From a virus (lineage: Duplodnaviria > Caudoviricetes), in IMG/VR virus record IMGVR_UViG_3300010149_000008: DNA of 64,000 bases; one strand, 5' to 3'. The notes below the pieces were generated by a model. The model made no database searches, had not been told where the DNA came from, and saw nothing but the letters and a program-made list of their open reading frames with translations. Shown here piece after piece: positions 20,608-29,880 of the stretch (positions within the stretch are counted from its first letter, which is position 1; each line of letters starts with the position of its first letter). Position numbers and translations under genes: made by a program.

Positions 20608-21984
20608 ATGAGCTTAGAAAAAAACTTTTCAAAATTCGGCAAACCTTTTCAAGAAAAAGTATTTCAAGGAATGCTAACAGACCCCATGTGGTCAGGACAA
20701 ATGGTAGAAGTAGTCAGTCCAGACTATTTTGACTTGAAATATCTTAGCTTCTTATGCGACAAGTATTTTTCTTATTACAAGAAGTATAAAACTTTTCCAA
20801 CACTTACAATTTTAATTACAATTATTAAAGAAGATTTATCAAAATCTAAAGATTCAATACTAAGAGATCAAATAATAGAGTATCTTCATCGTATGAAAAC
20901 AAATCCTGACATTGGTGATCTACAATATGTAAAAGATAAGTCACTAGAGTTTTGCAAGAGACAGGCATTTAAAGAAGCGCTAGAACAAAGTGTTGATCTA
21001 ATTCAAACTGAAAAATATGAGTCTGTTATTAATATAATGAAAGAAGCAATTTCTGTTGGTATGCCTAATACCGCCGGGCACAATTTCTTTGACGATATTG
21101 AAGCACGTTTTGTCCAAATTAATAGGCAAGTTTGTCCAACAGGATTGACTAGAATTGATGCACAAGACATTTTAAGAGGTGGTTTAGGCAGAGGAGAGCT
21201 AGGAGTAATTGCAGCAAATACAGGAGTTGGTAAATCACACTTCTTAGTAGCAATGGGATGTGCTGCAATGTTAGCGGGTAAAAATGTAATCCATTATACA
21301 TTTGAGCTATCAGAGCATGAAACTGGAAAGAGATATGACTCAAATCTTTGTGACATACCTTCAAATGAAGTTATTGAAAGAAAGCGAGAAGTAGTTGGAA
21401 AATATGAAAAAATGGAACTAGGCAAATTAATAATTAAAGAGTATGCTACAGGCTCTGCTTCTGTCATGACTTTAAGAAATCATATAGAAAAATTAACGCT
21501 AAAAGGTTTTAAACCTAGCTTAGTAACAGTTGACTATGCTGATGTTATGAAAAGTTCTAGAGCTTATGACTCTTTAAGACATGAATTAAAACTTATATAT
21601 ACAGAATTAAGAAATCTTGCTGTAGAGCTTAACATACCGATATGGACAGCTTCACAAGCAAACAAAGATTCTTCAAAGTCTGATATTGTTGGTCTAGAAA
21701 ACTTAGGAGAGTCATATGGTAAGGCACAAGTAGCTGATGTTGTGTTGTCCATAAGCAGAAAGCCTATGGAAAAAAGCGAAGGTACTGGTAGAATATTTGT
21801 AGCAAAAAACAGAGCGGGAAGAGATGGTCTTCTATTCCCTATAAATATTGACACAGCAAAGTCTAAGTTTAAAATTTTGGATGAAAGTGAACTGACGCTT
21901 AATGAAGCTGTTACTCAAGACAATAGTGACATGAAAAACAAATTAAGAGAAAAGTGGAAAGAGGTAAACAAAAAAGATGATTAG
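20608..21984 (+). CDS. dnaB: DnaB-like replicative helicase (gp41-like)
   Basis: GGLGRGELGVIAANTGVGKS Walker A, VDYAD, IWTASQ, KNRAGRDG. Confidence 0.92.
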   Translation: MSLEKNFSKFGKPFQEKVFQGMLTDPMWSGQMVEVVSPDYFDLKYLSFLCDKYFSYYKKYKTFPTLTILITIIKEDLSKSKDSILRDQIIEYLHRMKTNPDIGDLQYVKDKSLEFCKRQAFKEALEQSVDLIQTEKYESVINIMKEAISVGMPNTAGHNFFDDIEARFVQINRQVCPTGLTRIDAQDILRGGLGRGELGVIAANTGVGKSHFLVAMGCAAMLAGKNVIHYTFELSEHETGKRYDSNLCDIPSNEVIERKREVVGKYEKMELGKLIIKEYATGSASVMTLRNHIEKLTLKGFKPSLVTVDYADVMKSSRAYDSLRHELKLIYTELRNLAVELNIPIWTASQANKDSSKSDIVGLENLGESYGKAQVADVVLSISRKPMEKSEGTGRIFVAKNRAGRDGLLFPINIDTAKSKFKILDESELTLNEAVTQDNSDMKNKLREKWKEVNKKDD

Positions 21985-22489
21985 TATTTTTCTTAGTGAC
22001 GAGTTAAAAGATGTTTTAAAAGAAAACAACATTAGTGTACATAATTATATTCCTGCATATAATGGTGAAAGTGCAGGTCTAGATTTGTTTAATTGTAATA
22101 AAGATATTTCGTTAATACCTACGCAGTATAAAAATGTTACAAATGAAAAACACTACACACAGCATAAATTTAAGACGTTAATATCAACAGGTTTAAGATT
22201 GATTGTTCCTAAGGGATATGTTGCACTAGTTCAAGAACGCGGTTCTATTACAAAAACTCCTCTTAAGGTTAGAGCAGGCGTTATAGATAGCGGTTATACA
22301 GGCGAAATATTTGTTAATTGTATTAACATTGGTTCGAAACCTTTTAACTTAAAAAAAGGGCAGAAGTTACCTTTTCAAATTGTAGTAGTTAAATGTGACA
22401 ACAATTTTAGAGTAATAGATGAAAAAGAATATTTAACATTATCATCAGCTTCTCAAAGAAAAGAAGGAATGGTGGGAAGTTCAGACTAA
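21977..22489 (+). CDS. dut: Trimeric dUTPase
   Basis: AGLDL, ERGS, GVIDSGYTGEI and the C-terminal R..G.vGSS motif. Confidence 0.88.
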   Translation: MISIFLSDELKDVLKENNISVHNYIPAYNGESAGLDLFNCNKDISLIPTQYKNVTNEKHYTQHKFKTLISTGLRLIVPKGYVALVQERGSITKTPLKVRAGVIDSGYTGEIFVNCINIGSKPFNLKKGQKLPFQIVVVKCDNNFRVIDEKEYLTLSSASQRKEGMVGSSD

Positions 22490-22501
22490 AAAGGAATTTA
22501 A

Positions 22502-24289
22502 ATGAAAAAACAATGCTATGGTATTACTATAGATTTAAAAAAAGATGATAAATTAAGTGACTTTGCTAAAAATCTTTTAAAAGATTACTATATGAGTGAA
22601 GATGAGAAATCACCTCAAGAAAGCTTCGCAAGAGCAGCAACAGCATTTTCAGAAGATAAAAAATTAGCGCAAAGAATATATGATTATGCAGCAAGTGGTT
22701 GGTTTGTTTTTAGTTCACCTATTTTGTCAAATGCACCAAAACCAAATCAAAAGTCTAGAGGCATGCCTATATCTTGTTTTTTAACTTATGTAGATGATTC
22801 GCTTGAAGGATTAGTTTCTCATACAGAAGAGTTAAGGTGGATGTCAGTAAAAGGAGGCGGTGTTGGAGGTCACTGGAGTGATATTAGATCAAATAGTGAT
22901 ATATCACCTGGCCCTATTCCTTTCTTAAAAACAGTAGACAGTGATATGACAGCATATCGTCAAGGAAAAACTAGAAAAGGAAGCTATGCAGCTTACATGG
23001 ACATTAGTCATCCTGATATATTAGAATTTTTAAACCTTAGAGTTCCTACTGGAGGAGATGTTAATAGAAAATGCTTTAATCTAAATAACGCTGTAAATGT
23101 TACAGATGAGTTTATGGAAGCAGTATTAAATGGTGACAATTGGGATCTTAAAGATCCTAATGACAGTTCTGTAAGAGAACAAATTGACGCTAGAAAGCTC
23201 TGGCAAAGAATAATTCAAGTTAGATTTAGAACAGGAGAGCCTTATGTTAACTTTATAGATGAAGCTAACAGACATTTACCAAAGTTTCAAAAAGACCTAG
23301 GTTTAAAAATTCATGGAAGTAACCTTTGCAATGAAATACATTTAGCAACTTCTAGTGAAAGAAGTGCTGTTTGTTGCTTAAGCTCTCTTAATATTGAAAA
23401 ATATGATGAATGGAAAAACACGAGTATTGTTGCTGATCTTATAGAGTATTTAGACAACGTAATTTCTTATTTTGTTAATAACTCTCCTAAAACTTTGTCT
23501 CGAGCAATAAAGTCTGCTAGAGCTGAAAGAAGTCTAGGCTTAGGCGCTATGGGATTTCATGCTTACTTGCAATCAAAAAACATACCATTTGAATCCAGTA
23601 TTGCTGTTGCTGCAAACAAAGGAATATTTATGGATATCAAAGAAAAGGCAAAACAACAAACACATAAGTTGGCAAAAGTTAAAGGTGAGTGTCCAGATGG
23701 TAAGGGATACGGTGTAAGAAACTCTCATCTTCTTGCAATAGCACCTAACGCAAACTCTTCAATTATAGCAGGAACATCTCCTTCTATAGAACCTTGGAAG
23801 TCAAATGCATATACACATAGAACAAGAGTTGGTTCTTACTTAGTTAAAAATCCACACTTAGAAAAAGTTTTAAAAAGTTACTGGTCTAAAGATTTCTATA
23901 GTATAGATTATAATGAGTGGCTAAGTAAACAATGGAAGTCCATAATTCTATCAGAAGGTTCTGTTCAACATTTAGATTACATGTCAGACTGGCATAAGGA
24001 AGTATACAAAACAGCTTTTGAGCTCGATCAACGGTGGATAGTAGATCATGCAGGTGACAGACAACAATTTATATGTCAAGGACAGAGTGTTAATTTGTTT
24101 TTTCCAGCAGGCACTGAAAAGTCTGTTGTCAATGCAGTTCATATTCGAGCCTGGAAAAAGAAGTTAAAAGGGCTGTATTATCTTAGAACAAATGCAGGAG
24201 CATCAGCTGAAAAGGTTAGTCAAAAAGTAGAGCAAAACAAGCTTCAAGATTTTGCTGATCCTGATGATTGTTTGAGTTGTCAAGGATAA
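22502..24289 (+). CDS. nrdA: Class I ribonucleotide reductase large subunit (no ATP cone)
   Basis: SSPILSN, ISCFL, GGGVG, GSNLCNE radical-site loop, IAPNANSS, KGLYYLR, C-terminal CLSCQG. Confidence 0.95.
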   Translation: MKKQCYGITIDLKKDDKLSDFAKNLLKDYYMSEDEKSPQESFARAATAFSEDKKLAQRIYDYAASGWFVFSSPILSNAPKPNQKSRGMPISCFLTYVDDSLEGLVSHTEELRWMSVKGGGVGGHWSDIRSNSDISPGPIPFLKTVDSDMTAYRQGKTRKGSYAAYMDISHPDILEFLNLRVPTGGDVNRKCFNLNNAVNVTDEFMEAVLNGDNWDLKDPNDSSVREQIDARKLWQRIIQVRFRTGEPYVNFIDEANRHLPKFQKDLGLKIHGSNLCNEIHLATSSERSAVCCLSSLNIEKYDEWKNTSIVADLIEYLDNVISYFVNNSPKTLSRAIKSARAERSLGLGAMGFHAYLQSKNIPFESSIAVAANKGIFMDIKEKAKQQTHKLAKVKGECPDGKGYGVRNSHLLAIAPNANSSIIAGTSPSIEPWKSNAYTHRTRVGSYLVKNPHLEKVLKSYWSKDFYSIDYNEWLSKQWKSIILSEGSVQHLDYMSDWHKEVYKTAFELDQRWIVDHAGDRQQFICQGQSVNLFFPAGTEKSVVNAVHIRAWKKKLKGLYYLRTNAGASAEKVSQKVEQNKLQDFADPDDCLSCQG

Positions 24290-24325
24290 TTTATATTATA
24301 CGAATATTTTACAAAGGTTAAAGAC

Positions 24326-25294
24326 ATGTCATTATTAAAATATAATACAACATACAAGCCCTTTAAGTATCCTTGGGCCATGGAGATTGCTGAGTCACAT
24401 GAGAAGATACATTGGGGTAGCTGGGAAGCTAAGCTAGCAGAAGACGTAAATCAGTGGAAAGGTGGTAAAATTTCTTCTATAGAAAAAAACCATATTACAC
24501 AAATCCTTAGACTGTTTACACAAAGTGATGTTCAAGTAGGCGGAAACTATTGTGATTTGTTTATTCCTAAGTTTAAGAATAATGAAATTAGGAGTATGCT
24601 ATTAAGCTTTGCAAATCGTGAAGGCACACATCAACGTAGTTACGCTCTGCTCAATGATACGTTAGGTTTACCTGAAGAAGAGTACAGTGCTTTCTTAGAG
24701 TATAAAGAGATGAGTGACAAGATAGAGTTTATGCAGCAGAATGATGTGTCTACTCGAAAAGGTTTAGGATTAGCATTAGCACAATCAGCATGCAATGAAG
24801 GAATGAGTCTTTTCTCTGCTTTTGTCATGCTTCTTAATTATCAGCGATATGGTAAGATGAAAGGAATGTGTGAGATTGTTGAATGGTCTATTCGAGACGA
24901 AACAATGCATGTTCAAGGAATGACTAGATTATTTAGAGAATATGTTGCTGAACATCCTCGAGTTGTAAATGATGACTTTAAAAAATCAATTTACAAAATG
25001 TACCGAGAAGCTGTTAAGCTTGAAGATAAAGTTATTGACTTAGCGTATGAAATGGGTGCAATTGAAGGTTTAGATAAAGATGAGGTAAAAATATACATTA
25101 GATATCTAGCTGATAGAAGGCTTATTCAGCTAGGATTGAAGCCTAATTTTAAAGTAAAGACAAATCCTTTAGACTGGCTTGACTGGATTATTAACGGCGA
25201 CAGCTTTAAGAATTTTTTCGAAGGGACTGTAACTGATTATAACGCTGACGGTATGGGCGGGTCAGATTGGGGTTGGGAAATAATTGGAGGATAA
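24326..25294 (+). CDS. nrdB: Class I ribonucleotide reductase small subunit
   Basis: FTQSD, EGTHQRSY, EGMSLFSAF, RDETMH di-metal ligands, NFFEG.V..Y. Confidence 0.95.
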   Translation: MSLLKYNTTYKPFKYPWAMEIAESHEKIHWGSWEAKLAEDVNQWKGGKISSIEKNHITQILRLFTQSDVQVGGNYCDLFIPKFKNNEIRSMLLSFANREGTHQRSYALLNDTLGLPEEEYSAFLEYKEMSDKIEFMQQNDVSTRKGLGLALAQSACNEGMSLFSAFVMLLNYQRYGKMKGMCEIVEWSIRDETMHVQGMTRLFREYVAEHPRVVNDDFKKSIYKMYREAVKLEDKVIDLAYEMGAIEGLDKDEVKIYIRYLADRRLIQLGLKPNFKVKTNPLDWLDWIINGDSFKNFFEGTVTDYNADGMGGSDWGWEIIGG

Positions 25295-25295
25295 A

Positions 25296-25538
25296 ATGAA
25301 TAAAGAAATATTGTTTTTTAGCTCACCTTGGTGTGGGCCATGTAGACAAATAAAATCAATGTTAAGCAAAGAAATTATTAGCGAGCTCGGCATAAGAATT
25401 GTTGATATAGCTGATGACATGGAGACAGCTACAGCTCATGAAGTAATGAACGTTCCTACTTTTGTTAAAATCGTAGAAGGTGTTGAAGTTGCTCGAGTAA
25501 TAGGAATGACAACTATTGATACACTAAGAAAGTTGTAA
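25296..25538 (+). CDS. trxA: Thioredoxin
   Basis: WCGPC and VPTF. Start moved to ATG 25296 behind the GGAGG RBS. Confidence 0.9.
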   Translation: MNKEILFFSSPWCGPCRQIKSMLSKEIISELGIRIVDIADDMETATAHEVMNVPTFVKIVEGVEVARVIGMTTIDTLRKL

Positions 25539-25561
25539 ATAATAGATAATAGTAATATAAT
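25534..25561 (+). promoter_or_regulatory. Putative phage promoter TGTAAA-N16-TATAAT
   Basis: Exact motif upstream of clpP. Confidence 0.65.
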
Positions 25562-25592
25562 ATAACTTATATTTAAGGAGGGAATTAAATAT

Positions 25593-26195
25593 ATGAATTT
25601 TCTAACAGAAATATCACCATTAATAAAAACAATTGAGTTAAAGCAAGAACCTATAATTATTGTTGTCAATGAGTTTAATGAAGAAGCAGCGACAGAGTTT
25701 TCTACAGCTATGAGCTTAGCACAAAATACTGGACAAAAAGTTGTGCCTGTTGTAATTGATTCTTACGGCGGACAAGTTTATTCACTTATGTCAATGATTT
25801 CTTCAATAAAATCTTCAACTATTCCTGTTGCTACTATTGTGCAAGGCAAAGCAATGAGTTGTGGTGCAATATTATCTTCTTTTGGCTCTGATGGTCTTAG
25901 GTTTATGGATAAAGATGCCACAATGATGATACACGACGTATCAGGATACGCTTTTGGAAAAGTAGAAGAATTAAAGGCAGATGCTAGGGAGTCAGAAAGA
26001 TTAAATAAAAAGGTTTATAAAATGATGGCTAGAAATTGTGAAAAGCCTGATGAATATTTTTCAAACTTAATTCATGATAAAGGTCATGCAGATTGGTTTT
26101 TAGATGCAGAAGAAGCGAAAGAACATAATATTATTAATCAAATTAGAGTTCCACATTTAAAAGCTTCTGTTGTTGTTGAAATAGATATGGAATAA
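25593..26195 (+). CDS. clpP: ClpP-family protease subunit
   Basis: IDSYGG, GKAMSCGA (nucleophile Ser), MIHD (His), DWFLDAEEA. Strong RBS AGGAGG. Confidence 0.85.
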   Translation: MNFLTEISPLIKTIELKQEPIIIVVNEFNEEAATEFSTAMSLAQNTGQKVVPVVIDSYGGQVYSLMSMISSIKSSTIPVATIVQGKAMSCGAILSSFGSDGLRFMDKDATMMIHDVSGYAFGKVEELKADARESERLNKKVYKMMARNCEKPDEYFSNLIHDKGHADWFLDAEEAKEHNIINQIRVPHLKASVVVEIDME

Positions 26196-26294
26196 AGTAA
26201 TATATAATATAAATTAATTTTAAGACCATGACAAAAAGTCCAGATCAACATGGCATTATAAAGAAAGTTTTCTTTATACTAAAAGGAATATAAA

Positions 26295-27089
26295 ATGGAA
26301 CAGTTTAAAACATTAAACAAAGATAAAGATTATGTGATATCGCTCCAACAAGAAGTAGGTGTTACTGCAGACGGTGTTTACGGTCCTAATACACATAGAG
26401 CTGTAAGGAATTACTATGGCATGCCTATTATGATGCATATGGGCAAAGTTGTACCTATAGACTCACCTTTAGAGATAGACTGGTCTACGTCTCTATACGA
26501 GCTAGATGACGGAACAAAAAACTGGTATAACAGAAAATCAGATCCTAGCACGATTTGTGTTCACTGGGGTGGTTTAAATACAAGACATTGCTATAATGTT
26601 TTTAACTTAGCTAAGGGTAGACATGTATCATCACACTTTCTTATTGGTAAAAATCATAAGACAGACGAATATGAAATTTTGCAATGTCTAGACACAGGAT
26701 TAGTTGCATATCATGCAGGTAAATTCAATAAACATTCTATAGGTATCGATATTTGTATGCATCCAGAAGAAAAGTATTGGGAACGTACAAAAAAATGGTA
26801 CCCAGATGCTAGACTTGAAGTTTGTAAAATTCCTGATAGACGTGTTAAAGGTAGAAAAACTGTAATGATTGGAGAAGAATTATCTGAACTTTCAAGAGAC
26901 TTTTTGCAATCATTAAGAGAATCAACAGGTTTGTTAGAAAAGCCGGTATGCGAAAGCTTAGAAGTAATGCCTGTAGCTGAAGCATCAAAATTTAGCATTG
27001 TAGGACATCACAATATATCAGCAAAAAAGTGGGATGTTATACCATGGGCAGAAAAGTTATACTACGGATTAGACAAGGAACTTTTTTAA
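26295..27089 (+). CDS. N-acetylmuramoyl-L-alanine amidase (probable endolysin) with N-terminal peptidoglycan-binding motif
   Basis: LQQEVGVTADGVYGPNT (PG-binding). VHW, SSHFLI, AYHAG..N..SIGIDI, GHHNI and KWD supply the Amidase_2 Zn ligands. Confidence 0.85.
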   Translation: MEQFKTLNKDKDYVISLQQEVGVTADGVYGPNTHRAVRNYYGMPIMMHMGKVVPIDSPLEIDWSTSLYELDDGTKNWYNRKSDPSTICVHWGGLNTRHCYNVFNLAKGRHVSSHFLIGKNHKTDEYEILQCLDTGLVAYHAGKFNKHSIGIDICMHPEEKYWERTKKWYPDARLEVCKIPDRRVKGRKTVMIGEELSELSRDFLQSLRESTGLLEKPVCESLEVMPVAEASKFSIVGHHNISAKKWDVIPWAEKLYYGLDKELF

Positions 27090-27098
27090 AGGTTATTT

Positions 27099-27815
27099 AT
27101 GGAAAAATTACGTTATTTATACAATGATAAAATTGGCAGTGTAGAATTAGTTCAACATATGGGAGAAGATATAACTGTAGTTAATTCTGCGAGAGTATCA
27201 TTTGGTGTACAAAAACAAAAAATAGACGAAAAAGATAAAAAGCTAATTAGCTATCTTATTAAGCATAGACACACTTCTACTCTCGAGCATAATATTGCAA
27301 CTTTTAGAATTAAAGTTCCTTTGTTTGTTAGGTCTCAACATCATAGACACAGAACGTGGAGTTATAACGAAATATCTAGAAGATATACAGACGCTGATAT
27401 ACAGTTTTATGAGCCTTTGAGCTTTAGAACTCAACACAAAAGTAATAGACAAGCTTCAAATGCAGAAGATACAATCAACCCAGAAATAGAAATTAAAAGT
27501 GACATATGCTCAAAACCTTTAATTAAACTAGCTTCTAAAGCTATTGTTGATCATCATGACAGCTGTATAAAGCTTTTTGATAACTTACTTGCAGCAGGTG
27601 TCTGTAGAGAGCAGGCAAGAGGAATATTACCTCAAAACTTATACACAGAATATTATGCAACTGCAAATCTAAACAATATTTTAAAATTTATTGACTTAAG
27701 AACACACGAAGGTGCACAATGGGAAATACAACAGGTTGCATTGGCAATGTTAGATATTATAAAAGATCTGTGGCCAGAAACAGTAAATGCTTATAGAGAA
27801 ACTAGAGGCGTGTAA
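27099..27815 (+). CDS. thyX: Flavin-dependent thymidylate synthase (canonical)
   Basis: HTSTLEH, RHRTWSYNEISRRY signature, REQARGILP, LR..EGAQWEI. Confidence 0.95.
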   Translation: MEKLRYLYNDKIGSVELVQHMGEDITVVNSARVSFGVQKQKIDEKDKKLISYLIKHRHTSTLEHNIATFRIKVPLFVRSQHHRHRTWSYNEISRRYTDADIQFYEPLSFRTQHKSNRQASNAEDTINPEIEIKSDICSKPLIKLASKAIVDHHDSCIKLFDNLLAAGVCREQARGILPQNLYTEYYATANLNNILKFIDLRTHEGAQWEIQQVALAMLDIIKDLWPETVNAYRETRGV

Positions 27816-27838
27816 ATATTAAATTAATATTATATAAT
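27811..27838 (+). promoter_or_regulatory. Putative phage promoter TGTAAA-N16-TATAAT
   Basis: Exact motif overlapping the thyX stop codon. Confidence 0.65.
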
Positions 27839-27879
27839 TAATCCATAATTATTATTATATTCTACACGAGGTTATAATA

Positions 27880-28254
27880 ATGATTATAGAAGAAAAAAGA
27901 CGTCTTATTCTCGAGAGACATAAAGATTTAATCAATGCGTTAGTAAGATGCAGAATAATGATTGAAGACAGAGAAGATCCTACTGTATTAGACATAATGA
28001 CAGATATGAGGGCTCTTGAAGGAATTGTTACTGTTAGACAAACCCGACCAATCAGTGATCCAGTTACAAATGCAGGGCATAGAATAGTAGAGCTAAATGT
28101 CTCATATATTCCAAAGTTCATAAGTGAAGAAAACAAATTAAAAAAAGTAGCAAAATTAATAAAATCAGTTGAAGGTGTTGATATGATTAAGGTTATGGAG
28201 CACGACAACGATATTATTAATCAAAGATTACAAAAAAGACCAATGATTTTATAG
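27880..28254 (+). CDS. Hypothetical protein
   Basis: 124-aa ORF with RBS GAGG downstream of the promoter motif. Confidence 0.65.
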   Translation: MIIEEKRRLILERHKDLINALVRCRIMIEDREDPTVLDIMTDMRALEGIVTVRQTRPISDPVTNAGHRIVELNVSYIPKFISEENKLKKVAKLIKSVEGVDMIKVMEHDNDIINQRLQKRPMIL

Positions 28255-28261
28255 GATAAAA

Positions 28262-28483
28262 ATGGAAAATAAAGATTTTAAATTAGATGACAATGTTATT
28301 GCACACATTGCAAGAATTTTACAGGTTTCAATGCTTACTGGAACTGATATTATTGATCATATGAGAATGATTAGATTTACTTGTAAAGATGAAAAGTTAG
28401 TATTGCAAGATGAGTACGCAAAAATTTTTGATGGATCTTTAGACAACATGCTTAAAAATGCGCAAGAAAAGAAAGATGACTAA
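28262..28483 (+). CDS. Hypothetical protein
   Basis: 73-aa ORF with RBS AGGA, translationally coupled to the next gene. Confidence 0.65.
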   Translation: MENKDFKLDDNVIAHIARILQVSMLTGTDIIDHMRMIRFTCKDEKLVLQDEYAKIFDGSLDNMLKNAQEKKDD

Positions 28484-28860
28484 TGAACAAAGACAAATTG
28501 TTTGATATTTTTGAAAAGCGTGAAAGTTTTATGCATTTAATTAAGCAAAAATTTGAAGACTCTTACCCACAGTGGCCAGTTGATTTATCAACAAAAAAAG
28601 CACAGCATACATGTAGAGAGACAGCGCTTAAAGGTGTTGAAGAAATGTTTGAAGCACTTGGTCATCTAAAAAACTGGAAGCCTCATCGCGAAACAGAAAT
28701 GCCTGAAATTGATAGAGAAGAGTTCTTAGAAGAAATTGTAGACGCTTTTAATTATTTTTTCTCTCTAATGATTTTAATCGGAGTTGACGTTGAAGAATTC
28801 TATACAGCTTTTTTAAGCAAGGATGAGATCATAAGAAATAGAATTATTCAAGGATACTAG
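28483..28860 (+). CDS. All-alpha NTP pyrophosphatase (dimeric dUTPase / MazG / T4 gp56 dCTPase-like)
   Basis: EEMFEAL..LKNWKPHR....IDREEFLEEIVDAFNYF carries both acidic metal-binding helices of the superfamily. Confidence 0.8.
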   Translation: MNKDKLFDIFEKRESFMHLIKQKFEDSYPQWPVDLSTKKAQHTCRETALKGVEEMFEALGHLKNWKPHRETEMPEIDREEFLEEIVDAFNYFFSLMILIGVDVEEFYTAFLSKDEIIRNRIIQGY

Positions 28861-28862
28861 AT

Positions 28863-29534
28863 GTGATAAGTAAGCATGACACAATTAGTTTGTTTGGCAA
28901 CAAAAGCCTAAGAGCGTCATGCTTTGTATCATATGTGTGGAATATAATAGAAGACAAAATATTATATGTTCTAGGTATGACAAACAGTAATACAATTACT
29001 GTTTATATTGACAATGACAGCATAATATTTTCAGCTACTTCTAATCATAACATATTATGCGTTGAAAGATTTAACTTTTTTTACGATCATGTTTTAACAT
29101 CAATGACAGACTTATGCATAACTTTAACTGTAAACTTTATATCTTCTAAAATAAAAAAAATAAATTATGACATGTGCTCTTTTTACTATGACATAGAAAA
29201 CAAAGAAGATGATGGTATGATAGAAATATACTGTGACGCTTACTATGACATTGAAAGCTATAAAGATTTTAAGACAGAAATTACAATTCAACTAGCAAGA
29301 GAACTGCAGTATCTTATACATAGGAATATTATTGAAAGCAACATCGATACATGTGAAGTTGCAAAAATAGATTCAGTTTTTGAATGTGTTAATATTGTTA
29401 GAAAAGTAAAGAGTATAAGTTTTAAATCAGCAGCTGATTATTTACTTAATATAGATAAAGTGTCTATAGAAGAATATCAAGAAGTGTGTAATATAAACAA
29501 AGAGGTTGAACATGAAATCAGAAAACAACAATAA
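28863..29534 (+). CDS. Hypothetical protein
   Basis: 223-aa ORF with a GTG start, packed inside the operon. Confidence 0.5.
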   Translation: MISKHDTISLFGNKSLRASCFVSYVWNIIEDKILYVLGMTNSNTITVYIDNDSIIFSATSNHNILCVERFNFFYDHVLTSMTDLCITLTVNFISSKIKKINYDMCSFYYDIENKEDDGMIEIYCDAYYDIESYKDFKTEITIQLARELQYLIHRNIIESNIDTCEVAKIDSVFECVNIVRKVKSISFKSAADYLLNIDKVSIEEYQEVCNINKEVEHEIRKQQ

Positions 29535-29880
29535 AACTAGGCGAAGCGATTTAGCTTATGAGGCAAAAGATCTTTTACAAAAAGCTTCACGTGTTCCTAC
29601 AAAATGGTTAGATATTTTTAATGCTATAGAAATGTTTAGAAAAAAAGTACAAGCAGGAAGAGATTCATACGACTCTACAGCTAACGATTCGCAAGTAGGT
29701 CTAATGTCACCAATGCTTGTCATGTTTGCTTTAATGCTTGAGACTAACATGTTAATGGAACCATTAGACACAAACATAATAATAAACATACTTTCAGATA
29801 ATTTCCGTGAAGAAAGGCACATTGAAACGCTTAAAGAGCTACTGCGTACACTTCACCCAGAAAAAAAAGAGTTTAAATGA
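29506..29880 (+). CDS. Hypothetical protein
   Basis: 124-aa ORF with RBS GAGG, overlapping its neighbours. Confidence 0.55.
   Translation: MNMKSENNNKTRRSDLAYEAKDLLQKASRVPTKWLDIFNAIEMFRKKVQAGRDSYDSTANDSQVGLMSPMLVMFALMLETNMLMEPLDTNIIINILSDNFREERHIETLKELLRTLHPEKKEFK

Noticed and set aside
15474-28860. 2-aminoadenine (Z-genome) pathway suggested by PolA + HD protein + MazG-like protein
   Set aside because: No PurZ in the window, the HD protein lacks its metal ligands, and the other evidence points to pyrimidines. It cannot be excluded for the rest of the genome.
29506-29560. RSDLAYEA resembling the GPR-endopeptidase RTDLA.EA motif
   Set aside because: The rest of the 124-aa protein shows no similarity and is far too short.
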